Virus record (IMG/VR): IMGVR_UViG_3300044820_000033
Coordinates: 1 to 39,410 of that record
Direction: 5' to 3' (one strand)
Length of the DNA stretch: 39,410 nucleotides
Source: a virus
Lineage: Duplodnaviria; Caudoviricetes
Shown piece by piece: positions 9,285-16,992 of the stretch (positions are counted from its first letter, which is position 1; every line of letters starts with the position of its first letter). Under the pieces are notes generated by a model. It saw only the letters and a program-made list of their open reading frames with translations, did no database searches and was not told the origin of the DNA. The translations under genes and the position numbers were made by a program.

Positions 9285-9362
9285 AGCCGCGTGCGAGGAT
9301 TTGAACCTCGCGTCCGACGAGTGCGCTGCTCGCCGACCCTTACCATTGGAGATGAACGCGGC
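9285..9362 (-). ncRNA. tRNA-like RNA (non-canonical; nominal anticodon GCG)
   Basis: Acceptor GCCGCGU/ACGCGGC, D loop containing AAUGGUA, stem GGCGAG/CUCGUC with loop CAGCGCA, T arm GCGAGG-UUCAAAU-CCUCGC; lacks U33, purine 37 and encoded CCA. Confidence 0.7.
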
Positions 9363-9396
9363 GTTCCCTGGCATACAAAACACTGTACGCCAAAAC

Positions 9397-9789
9397 TCAG
9401 TTTATCCGTGTTTCGTGGAGCCTAAGCGATGCGGACGCGATAAAGGCGTCAAGCTGTGCGTCATCCATATCGCTGAAGGCCCCGGCTTCGCCGACTTCCA
9501 ACTGTTGAAGCGGTTTGCCCCAACCCCGATCGAGGAGGGCAGTCGCCGCTTGCACTTGGGCAGACTGTGAAGCTGATTTGTCGTTCACGATTTCAGCCAG
9601 CCGATTGATCGCCGCCGCCGTGTGCTCGCGAGCCAGCGCCTTAACGGTCTTGTCAGCTTTCGGCCGACCGGATGGATTGCCAGACTGCCCAGGCTTGAAC
9701 AAGTGCGGTTTCGAACTGATCGCCGGACTGATAGCAGAGGCGAGTTCCTGCCCCTCCTTCTTGGGTTCGTCTGTCCTTTTCTTAGCCAT
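9397..9789 (-). CDS. terS: Terminase small subunit (DUF5681-like)
   Basis: FKPGQSGNPSGRPK motif and LLDRGWGKP; upstream of TerL. Confidence 0.75.
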   Translation of the reverse strand: MAKKRTDEPKKEGQELASAISPAISSKPHLFKPGQSGNPSGRPKADKTVKALAREHTAAAINRLAEIVNDKSASQSAQVQAATALLDRGWGKPLQQLEVGEAGAFSDMDDAQLDAFIASASLRLHETRIN

Positions 9790-9811
9790 GACCGAAAGCT
9801 TTTTCTAAGCC

Positions 9812-10000
9812 TTACGCCGGGATTGCCGCAACGGCAGCCGAGAGCGCAGCTTCGAAGCTAGGCACGAGCGACACAGGCAAAACGAAGCTCGTCGAAGAGA
9901 ACGGATCAGTCTTGACCGTGACCGTCACGGACGGCTGCGGGCCAGGAAGAGGCGTCGGAACGATTGTGAAGCTGTGGATATACGGAGGGGTTCCAAACAT
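9812..10000 (-). CDS. Hypothetical protein
   Basis: 62 aa, AGGA RBS, tightly packed with neighbours. Confidence 0.55.
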   Translation of the reverse strand: MFGTPPYIHSFTIVPTPLPGPQPSVTVTVKTDPFSSTSFVLPVSLVPSFEAALSAAVAAIPA

Positions 10001-10028
10001 GCTGTTTTCCTATTTTTCAGGTTGGAGG

Positions 10029-10397
10029 TTACTTGCGCGGCCTGACCGGCGCAGGATCGGCCACGGCCTCGGCGGGAGCATCGACGGGCACGGTGACAAC
10101 ATCGATCTTTGCGGACGCCTGAACTTCAGCCAGGGCAGCAAGAGACGCCTTCGAATCCGAGTCGAATGACACAGCATTCGAATCCGAATCAAATGACGAC
10201 AGATGCCGAGCGTCTTCCTCGATTGCCGCCAGGAACGCATCGATGACACGGTTCAAGCTTTTCAGCATTTTACTGTCGAGGCTCACGATTTGAGTTGCGC
10301 CCGAAGCGCTATCGTAGAATTTCAGGCCAGCGTTTGCGGTTGGATCTCCGCACGGGCAGATGAAGCTATATTCTGTTGGGGTGATTACGTTTGCCAT
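10029..10397 (-). CDS. Hypothetical protein
   Basis: 122 aa, GAGG RBS; short internal repeat SFDSDS twice. Confidence 0.65.
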   Translation of the reverse strand: MANVITPTEYSFICPCGDPTANAGLKFYDSASGATQIVSLDSKMLKSLNRVIDAFLAAIEEDARHLSSFDSDSNAVSFDSDSKASLAALAEVQASAKIDVVTVPVDAPAEAVADPAPVRPRK

Positions 10398-10404
10398 GCT
10401 TTCC

Positions 10405-10662
10405 TCACGCGCGGACCGCGTTGGCGTCGATCAGGAGCGCCGCGACCGCGTCGATATCTTCGGATGAAACGCTTGGAACTTTCCACTTAAGGCGCAACAG
10501 GCTGACGATCTTTGACGCCACGGCTTCAGCCGCGAGTGTCGCGATTTCAATGTCTGCCTGTTTGGAGACGTAGTTCTTGAAGGCTTCGACCTGACCCGGC
10601 GTTGCCATCAGCCTAAACTCTTCGGAGAGTTCCAGGCTCAATCGCGCTTGATTGTCCATCAA
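10405..10662 (-). CDS. Hypothetical protein
   Basis: 85 aa, coupled to the upstream stop. Confidence 0.6.
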   Translation of the reverse strand: MMDNQARLSLELSEEFRLMATPGQVEAFKNYVSKQADIEIATLAAEAVASKIVSLLRLKWKVPSVSSEDIDAVAALLIDANAVRA

Positions 10663-11003
10663 TGCGGAAGGATCAGGCCATTGCCGTTTACGGGCGCGGC
10701 ACCAGATGCGGGCGTCGCCAAAATTGGATGCCGCTTTCGGATTGCCTTATTGACGAGATCGCCGAGGTGGCCGCGGGCCGCAAGGCTTCCGGCGATGTCC
10801 TGGCTGGCCGTCGCCTCACTGAGAACGCAGCCCATGGCGACGGCGATTGCCTCCCACATGATTTGTGGTGAGACTGTCGGATTGCACATGAGCAGACCGA
10901 ACGAGGTTGTTCTAAAATGTTGCTCAAAGATAGGGGCGAGGCGTTCGGGCGTAGCCGGAACTTGCATTGTCGGAGGCGGAGCGCCTTCCGTTGGTTCTGC
11001 CAT
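10659..11003 (-). CDS. Hypothetical protein, first gene of the late operon
   Basis: Probable start MAEPTEG at 11003 with GGAAGG RBS. Confidence 0.6.
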   Translation of the reverse strand: MAEPTEGAPPPTMQVPATPERLAPIFEQHFRTTSFGLLMCNPTVSPQIMWEAIAVAMGCVLSEATASQDIAGSLAARGHLGDLVNKAIRKRHPILATPASGAAPVNGNGLILPH

Positions 11004-11079
11004 GGTTTGCCTTCCTGACATGATGATTAATTTTTGATTTGAATTTGAGCGCTCGACCGCGTCGCGGGAGCTTCCAGGC

Positions 11080-11104
11080 ATAAAAAAACCCGCAAAAGCG
11101 GGTG
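11080..11104 (-). terminator. Rho-independent terminator in late-operon leader
   Basis: Minus strand ACCCGC-TTTT-GCGGGT followed by a T run. Confidence 0.75.
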
Positions 11105-11143
11105 ATTTCCTTGCCTTAGACGTACTTCTCAAATTCTAAGGAA

Positions 11144-11173
11144 ACAGTACCTACAAACGGCGCAGTTTGTCAA
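11144..11173 (-). promoter_or_regulatory. Putative sigma70 late promoter
   Basis: TTGACA-N18-TACTGT in an AT-rich intergenic region. Confidence 0.55.
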
Positions 11174-11442
11174 CACATTGTTTTCCCTGTTGATATACAA
11201 AATTCCAGAGTTTTGCCTGAAACAATCGAAAAATGGTATGGCAGAATGTCACACGCTCTAAAATGGCCCAGGATGGCCCAGGAAGCCCCGTTCTAAAAAT
11301 CCGCTACCCATGTAGCGCCCCTGTGCGCCACTCCTGCCCTGCCTACGCCTGCCGCCGCTACGCTTCAGATTTTTAGTGGGGGTATACCCCAACCCGCAGA
11401 CGGCGCCGATCCGAGGGATAGACCGACGCCGCTGTGTCCCGG

Positions 11443-12381
11443 CTACGCTGCGCGCTTCCGAGGACGCTCTATGAGTTCCGGCAGAGAATCGCCTTGCGCC
11501 GCCTGAAACCCGTCGTTGATTGTATCGTTCACGTCCTTAAGACCGTTGTCGATGACGAGCCGGTTCTTTTCTGCGGCGTGCAGAAGGCTTGTTCTCGCCT
11601 CGACGTCGGTCATGACGCCGTGGTGGATGTATTTACCCATGCGAGCGGCGGCGCGATACAATTCGGTATTGCGCCCGCTGTTCCGCCGCATCTTGGTGAG
11701 TTCGATATATTTCGAGGCGAGGATACAACGCGCGTTCGCCAGATGACGGCGGCGCTCACGATCCGAGAGTTTCGCCACGTCGACAGTTTTCCCGCTACGC
11801 TTGGCGAGGAACTCAGCCACGCGGGCCGCCTCGCTCGCTTCCTTAGCCGCACGCAGCCGAAGCGCCTCGTCGATGACCCATTGCGGCACCTTGGGCAATT
11901 GTCCGTCCTTGGCCTTGTATAGCCACCGGTAGCCTTTCGGGCCGACCATGGACGGCGGCGCGGTGATTCCAGCGTTATCGTTCTTGACGTCGATGCCAAG
12001 GCCGAGGCGATCGGACCCTGTGTCGAGTTCGGGGCAATACTGGAACCAATGATGTTCACCGTTGCCGGGAGTGAGCGCGACGGCTTCATCGGGCAGGAAC
12101 TTGCCTTCAGCCTGCCACTTCTCGACGAGGTCAAACCCGTTTTTTGCCGGATGCCTGTCGATATCGATCACCGTCAGATTGTCCTCTTTGCCGGTGCGGA
12201 CGGCGATATTTCCGAACCCGTAGCGCATAGACCAGCTTTTGATTTGCTCAGGATCGCGCGTTGCGTCCTTGAAGCCGTGCGAGTCCTTGACGGGGATACG
12301 GGAGCCGACCGAGAGCGGGAACACGGCGAAGCCTGCATCGGCGTAGGCTTGCGCGGAACGTTTGAAGATGCCTTGTACCAT
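11443..12381 (-). CDS. Bifunctional DNA primase/polymerase (Prim-Pol)
   Basis: GFAVFPL, GFKDATRD, NIAVRTG, VIDID and TPGNGEHHWF motifs; start set at ATG 12381. Confidence 0.88.
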   Translation of the reverse strand: MVQGIFKRSAQAYADAGFAVFPLSVGSRIPVKDSHGFKDATRDPEQIKSWSMRYGFGNIAVRTGKEDNLTVIDIDRHPAKNGFDLVEKWQAEGKFLPDEAVALTPGNGEHHWFQYCPELDTGSDRLGLGIDVKNDNAGITAPPSMVGPKGYRWLYKAKDGQLPKVPQWVIDEALRLRAAKEASEAARVAEFLAKRSGKTVDVAKLSDRERRRHLANARCILASKYIELTKMRRNSGRNTELYRAAARMGKYIHHGVMTDVEARTSLLHAAEKNRLVIDNGLKDVNDTINDGFQAAQGDSLPELIERPRKRAA

Positions 12382-12389
12382 GACGGACC

Positions 12390-13406
12390 TCACGCAGCTT
12401 GTGACAGGATGGTTTCTGGAATTTCGTCGTACCATTCGGCCCGAGCGAGGTTTTGAGCGGCCCTGATGATGGCGGCCGGAACTTCGGAAATGGACGACCA
12501 CCACTTTTTGCCGTGGCACCATTCCTGCTTCTGAAGGTCGATTGCGACCGCTACCGTCTGATTGCGCTCGACCTCTTGCGGGCTGAGTTCGACCGGAGTC
12601 GGCTCAGCCTTGGCGAAGTCTTCCCATCCGCCGTCGAGGAAGCTGTCTATATGCTGCGGCTGCTTGAAATCTTCCGTCCGCAGGTTATCCGCGTAGGCAT
12701 TAAGCGCGGCGAGGCGATAGGCTCGTTCAGCCGCCGAGAGAGACAGCCAGACCTTGCGGCCATCTGATAGGCCGCCCGCTTGGCTTGAGCGAGGAAGCGA
12801 GCGGTATGCAGCCACAAAAGCCGCATAACCGGACGTCGCGTCGCTTTCCTTATTCGCCTTTCTTGTCCCTGCCAAATTTGAGAGAGCGGGACGAGGCGCT
12901 TTTGGCGCTTCGTCCATCTCTTTCTTTTCCCTTTCTTTTCCTCTTTCTTTTTGTGCCACCCCGTAGTTCCCACGGTCCGTGCCACCCCGTAGTTCCCACG
13001 GCCGTGCCACCACGGGGTTCCCACGGTCGAGTTCGCCAACCGTGCCACCACGTAGTTCGCACGGTGAGCCTGTTCCGATGGCGCGAACAAAGAAAGAATT
13101 TGCATCTTCTTCGACATGGGTGAGCCATTCGAGGAAGCCGGGGATTTCATAGTGGTTTGCGGCGAACTGCCCTTTTTCCTTCTTTTGGCCACCCGTGGCG
13201 CGGATATACCCGCGCTTTTCAGCTTCAGCCTGGAGCTTCTGAACCGTCTTCCTGCTGACGCTCAACTCCTTGGCGATTGTGTCCTGTGCCGGCCACGCAT
13301 AGCCTTTATCGTTGTCGAGACGGAACGCTAGCCGTTCCATGTAGAATTTGAGGGCCACCGGCTTGATTGTGAGCGCCAAAACGTATCTCATTGCATCGCT
13401 ACTCAT
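12390..13406 (-). CDS. Replication initiator protein with N-terminal HTH
   Basis: YAWPAQDTIAKELSVSRKTV HTH, ANHY, central iteron-encoded repeats, C-terminal FAAYR...SFLDGGWEDF domain. Confidence 0.8.
   Translation of the reverse strand: MSSDAMRYVLALTIKPVALKFYMERLAFRLDNDKGYAWPAQDTIAKELSVSRKTVQKLQAEAEKRGYIRATGGQKKEKGQFAANHYEIPGFLEWLTHVEEDANSFFVRAIGTGSPCELRGGTVGELDRGNPVVARPWELRGGTDRGNYGVAQKERGKEREKKEMDEAPKAPRPALSNLAGTRKANKESDATSGYAAFVAAYRSLPRSSQAGGLSDGRKVWLSLSAAERAYRLAALNAYADNLRTEDFKQPQHIDSFLDGGWEDFAKAEPTPVELSPQEVERNQTVAVAIDLQKQEWCHGKKWWSSISEVPAAIIRAAQNLARAEWYDEIPETILSQAA
12917..13064. repeat. Iteron array plus polypyrimidine tract: probable replication origin inside the initiator gene
   Basis: Four 23-bp copies of GTGCCACCMCGKRGTTCSCACGG at 12953, 12979, 13004, 13042 next to a T/C-only tract at about 12917-12952. 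Confidence 0.8.
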
Positions 13407-13882
13407 GACGCATCTGCCTTCCGAAAGAGGTCGGCAAGCTGACGCGGAGCGTTCAAGCAGCTAACCCATCGGTCTTGTGGGTGAATGATGATGATGCGGT
13501 CGCGGTCGACCCAGCGCAGGTATCCGCAATCAGCAATCCCTTTGGCCCATTCTCGAATCTGTTGGCTGGTCCATTCCTCAGCGAAGCGCTCGACGAGGTC
13601 CGAGATTTCTATGGAGCCTATTGTTTTTTCGGCGGTCGCAATCAGGCAAAGCTCGTAAAAGAGCGTTTTTTCTGGCGTCGTCATCAGGCTGGATTTGCTC
13701 ATCGCATCGCCGATGAAGTACCCGAACCAAGCGTGTTTTTCAGAAGTAGGTTCGCGCCAGCCGTTGGCTATGAAGCGCTCATCGAAGACGCGCGCCTTGG
13801 GCATCCAGGGAAAGTATTGGATAAGCGGGAGTTGATATTGGTTTTTCTTGACGCGATTCGCGCGATGTGGTGTATTTGGCAT
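13403..13882 (-). CDS. Hypothetical protein, possibly winged-helix DNA-binding
   Basis: 159 aa, ATGA-coupled to the initiator; helix-helix-GYLRW-strand pattern. Confidence 0.6.
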   Translation of the reverse strand: MPNTPHRANRVKKNQYQLPLIQYFPWMPKARVFDERFIANGWREPTSEKHAWFGYFIGDAMSKSSLMTTPEKTLFYELCLIATAEKTIGSIEISDLVERFAEEWTSQQIREWAKGIADCGYLRWVDRDRIIIIHPQDRWVSCLNAPRQLADLFRKADAS

Positions 13883-14018
13883 AACGATTTGCCTTTCTTG
13901 GCGGTTAGGTTTTCGTTTCCGGTTTGAAATTCACCCTGCCCTGACCCGGCGGGGTTTTTCTTTTTCTGACCGTCTGCAACTGTGGAGGATGCGCCCACAC
14001 AAGCAGAAGGTCAAGGCT

Positions 14019-15548
14019 TCAGAACGGACATTCTTCCCGATCCGGTTCCGAAAAAGTCTTCCTTTCCTGATAGTTAACGGATTGTGCAAGCCGCACACCG
14101 AACGGTTCGAAGACTCCGATGTCAGGCTCAAAGCAGCACGGACACCGTACATTTCCAGGCCCGGACCGGTTCACGATGATGCTAAGTTCGGCGTATTTCC
14201 GAAGCTTGAACGCGAGTTGATCGAACTCGACATCGGTATCAATTGGCCGAAGTTCTTCGAGAAGGATGCCGGGCCGGTGAATGGCGATGATGGCGTCAGC
14301 ATCCATTTCGATTTGCGCCGTCTCGCGAATGTCGCCACGGCGAGGCCTGGAGGCATTCTGATCGAAATCCTTCCATGTCTTCACAGCGGCGCGCTGGACG
14401 CCTTGCCGGTTTAGCTGAGCAAGGGCGATCACGGGAACGTTCAGTTCCTTGGCGACCTTTGCCATAGCGCGAGAAGCCTTTTCAACGCGCTGGCGCGTCT
14501 CGTCCCTGGAGTCGTCTTCCGGGTTCACGATTTGGATGTAATCAAGGAGGATCACCTTTGCGCCCAGCACCTTGACGGCATGGCGCGCATTGATGACGAT
14601 CGACGAGGGCGTAAGGCTTGAGAGGTCCGTCGAGTGTATCGGCCAGGACTTGACACGGTCCGCAGCCTCGGAAAGCCTCACCCGTTCGTTGTCGTCGAGA
14701 CGGTTCCCCTTTTTCCGCGTCGTGGTGTTGATCCGGCTTTCGATTGTGATAAGCCGATGCACCAGTTCGCTATTCTTCATTTCGAGCGAGAAGACGGCGA
14801 CCGGGATATCTTGCAGGCAGAGTTGCCGGATTAGCGTCAAGCCTAGCGCCGTCTTTCCTGCCTTCTCCATCGCGGCGATGAAATAGAGCTTTGCCTTCCG
14901 AAAGCCGCCGATTGCATCGTCGATAGGTCCGAAGCCTGAGAGATAGCCTGTCGGGCCGAAACCCGCTTCATTTGCTGCCATGATTTCCGCGAACACGTCA
15001 TCGACGACGGTCCCCATGTGTATCATTCCAGGGTTGTTCACATCCCCGGAGAGAGAGCTTGCAGCCGACGAATAGCGGTCGATGATGTCATGGCCGCCCG
15101 TTGCCGCGAGTGTGTAAAAGTGTTCAGCCGATTGCATCACCGCGCGCCGCTTGGATGCGAGTTTCACTTCCTGAACGTATTGTTCGACTTCAGCCGCAGG
15201 CTTGACGAAACGGTTCAGTTCGCGGACGTAGAGCCCTGCCGTTAGATCGGGGATCGAAGGGATTTCGGTGATATGGTTCGCGATTGTGGCCGCGTTGACG
15301 GTCTTGTTTTCGACGACAAAGCGGAGCGCTACTTCCATGATTTGACGGTGTAGCGGGTCGGTGAAGTCTTTCGGCGTCAGGACTTCGGCGAACTGCTCGA
15401 TCAGGCGATTGTGAGCCATGAACGAGGCGCACACAACGCGCTCGGCATCGATATTTGCCGGGAGCGCTTGATCCGGTTCGGCGTCCCTCTTCTTCCCGTT
15501 GAAACCTGATTTTTTTTCTTTGCCGTTATGGCGATAGGTGGTATTCAT
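14019..15548 (-). CDS. dnaB: Replicative DNA helicase
   Basis: N-terminal PANIDAERVV/DFTDPLHRQI, Walker A AGKT, FSLEM, LDYIQ, IALAQLNR, IEMDAD. Confidence 0.95.
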   Translation of the reverse strand: MNTTYRHNGKEKKSGFNGKKRDAEPDQALPANIDAERVVCASFMAHNRLIEQFAEVLTPKDFTDPLHRQIMEVALRFVVENKTVNAATIANHITEIPSIPDLTAGLYVRELNRFVKPAAEVEQYVQEVKLASKRRAVMQSAEHFYTLAATGGHDIIDRYSSAASSLSGDVNNPGMIHMGTVVDDVFAEIMAANEAGFGPTGYLSGFGPIDDAIGGFRKAKLYFIAAMEKAGKTALGLTLIRQLCLQDIPVAVFSLEMKNSELVHRLITIESRINTTTRKKGNRLDDNERVRLSEAADRVKSWPIHSTDLSSLTPSSIVINARHAVKVLGAKVILLDYIQIVNPEDDSRDETRQRVEKASRAMAKVAKELNVPVIALAQLNRQGVQRAAVKTWKDFDQNASRPRRGDIRETAQIEMDADAIIAIHRPGILLEELRPIDTDVEFDQLAFKLRKYAELSIIVNRSGPGNVRCPCCFEPDIGVFEPFGVRLAQSVNYQERKTFSEPDREECPF

Positions 15549-15614
15549 TGTTTGCCTTATTGGGTTAAGACGGCTTCCAGGGTTCCCGCCTCGGAAGCCG
15601 TCGTCGTTTCTAGG

Positions 15615-15821
15615 CTAGCTGAGTCTTTTTGCTGGCGTACCCTCTGCCAGCCAGCGCCGCTTTGTTTCTTTGCAAACAGGAGCGCGCCGAATTTCCGAAG
15701 CATCCATCCTGTCGAGAATGACATTGAGGAGCGTCGTGATACGAACTGCCATGATTTGAATCTCATCGAGCTTTTGAAGGCTGCGTTCCGTGTCCTTCTC
15801 GAACTGTGTCTTGTATGCCAT
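15615..15821 (-). CDS. Small hypothetical protein, first gene of the replication operon
   Basis: 68 aa from MAYKTQF with AAGG RBS, downstream of a strong promoter. Confidence 0.5.
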   Translation of the reverse strand: MAYKTQFEKDTERSLQKLDEIQIMAVRITTLLNVILDRMDASEIRRAPVCKETKRRWLAEGTPAKRLS

Positions 15822-15865
15822 CTGCTTTGCCTTTCGTTGGGTGTCGCAACTTTTGCGATGCAGAC

Positions 15866-15895
15866 AGTATACCGCCTTTGACGTCAAAGAGTCAA
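15866..15895 (-). promoter_or_regulatory. Sigma70 promoter of the replication operon with palindromic operator in the spacer
   Basis: TTGACT-N18-TATACT; perfect palindrome CTTTGACGTCAAAG at 15876-15889. Confidence 0.65.
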
Positions 15896-15940
15896 CACTC
15901 ATTCACTTAAAAGCTTAACTAGGTTAACGCTTTACGACTT

Positions 15941-16246
15941 TTATTCTGTGCCGTAAGTGCGCCGCTTCTTTGGGTGCGGATCGCCTTCCCAATCTTCAGG
16001 GAGAAAGGTTCCGACGTTGTTCGCACGCAGCCAAGCGTCGAAGGCTTCAGCCAGGATTCCTTGCAATGACAGATCATGAGCCCTCAAGTGATCGGAGATT
16101 TTGTTCATGGTCGGCCGAGGAATGCGGAACGAGGCGTTGTAATATTTTCCCGTTTCTTCCTGGCTCCCCTTTGGTCGCGCCTTGATTGGAGCGGTTGCGG
16201 CTGGCTGCGTCGACACACCGTGCATTTTCTTTGGTTCCTTTTTCAT
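15941..16246 (-). CDS. Putative ParG/RHH-type centromere-binding protein
   Basis: Flexible N-terminus then strand-helix-helix (NASFRIP...SLQGILAEAFDAWL); ATGA overlap with parA. Confidence 0.7.
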   Translation of the reverse strand: MKKEPKKMHGVSTQPAATAPIKARPKGSQEETGKYYNASFRIPRPTMNKISDHLRAHDLSLQGILAEAFDAWLRANNVGTFLPEDWEGDPHPKKRRTYGTE

Positions 16247-16869
16247 TTGAACTGATCCTTCAGCCACTTAAAGAGCGCGGCGAATTGTTTGTCTGCTTCG
16301 CTTCCCGGCTCGGTTTCGTTGATGCCCATGCCTTGTGCATTTGCGTCAGGCACGCCGAACCGGGCCGGAATGATTGCGGGCGCGACGGCATGGCCATCCT
16401 GTCGCAAATCCTTGACGACAGCCGAAGCGCGCGACTTGGACGCGATGTTCATGACGAAGGCGTAAGGTCGCCCAGCGTTACGCAGGAGCCCCACAGTCCG
16501 CATTGATGGGCGAACGTCATCCTCGAACGGGCGACACGGGATTAGCGTCAGGTCAGCTTTGGTAAGGCCAACGCTCAACATCGCTCCTTCGTGGCCGGGC
16601 AAGTCGAGAAAGACCCAATCGAACAGGCCGCCACTTTTCAGGTGATCGATTTCCTTCGCCGCTTCCCTTGGCTCGGGCCGAACGATCGGAATCGGCGCCA
16701 GCTTGTCGTTCTCTTGCCGTCGCCTTCCCCATTCGGTTGCCGTCTGGTTTGCGTCGAGGTCGACCACCACAACCCTCTTCCGCTTCGCTACTGCCTGACA
16801 TGCGAGGTTCAGAATCATCGAGGTTTTGCCGACTCCGCCTTTGTGCTGTCCCGCCGCCACCGTTGGCAT
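16243..16869 (-). CDS. parA: ParA partition ATPase (short, type Ib-like)
   Basis: KGGVGKTS, VDLD, FLDLPG, ADLTLIP; 208 aa with no N-terminal HTH. Confidence 0.93.
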   Translation of the reverse strand: MPTVAAGQHKGGVGKTSMILNLACQAVAKRKRVVVVDLDANQTATEWGRRRQENDKLAPIPIVRPEPREAAKEIDHLKSGGLFDWVFLDLPGHEGAMLSVGLTKADLTLIPCRPFEDDVRPSMRTVGLLRNAGRPYAFVMNIASKSRASAVVKDLRQDGHAVAPAIIPARFGVPDANAQGMGINETEPGSEADKQFAALFKWLKDQFK

Positions 16870-16960
16870 GTGATCATCGCCTTGTGATTATTGCGAGAAC
16901 CATAAACCTATTGCGCGAAGACATCAACACGGTATACTATCAGAGTGCATAGCGTCAACG

Positions 16961-16992
16961 AGTGAATGAGTGTTAAAGTAAACACGTCAAAG
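16961..16992 (+). repeat. Conserved element AGTGAATGAGTGTT-N9-ACGTCAAAG; inverted copy at 15876..15907
   Basis: Both blocks and the 9-nt spacing are identical in the two copies flanking the par genes. Confidence 0.8.

Noticed and set aside
9285-9362. Functional tRNA-Arg(GCG) or attP remnant
   Set aside because: Anticodon loop lacks U33 and purine 37, T stem is 6 bp; the element is full-length and no integrase exists
12953-13064. CRISPR array
   Set aside because: Repeats are nearly adjacent with 2-15 bp gaps, lie inside a CDS, and no cas genes are present
15907-15928. CtrA binding box
   Set aside because: TTAA half-sites are spaced by 4 and 5 nt, not 7
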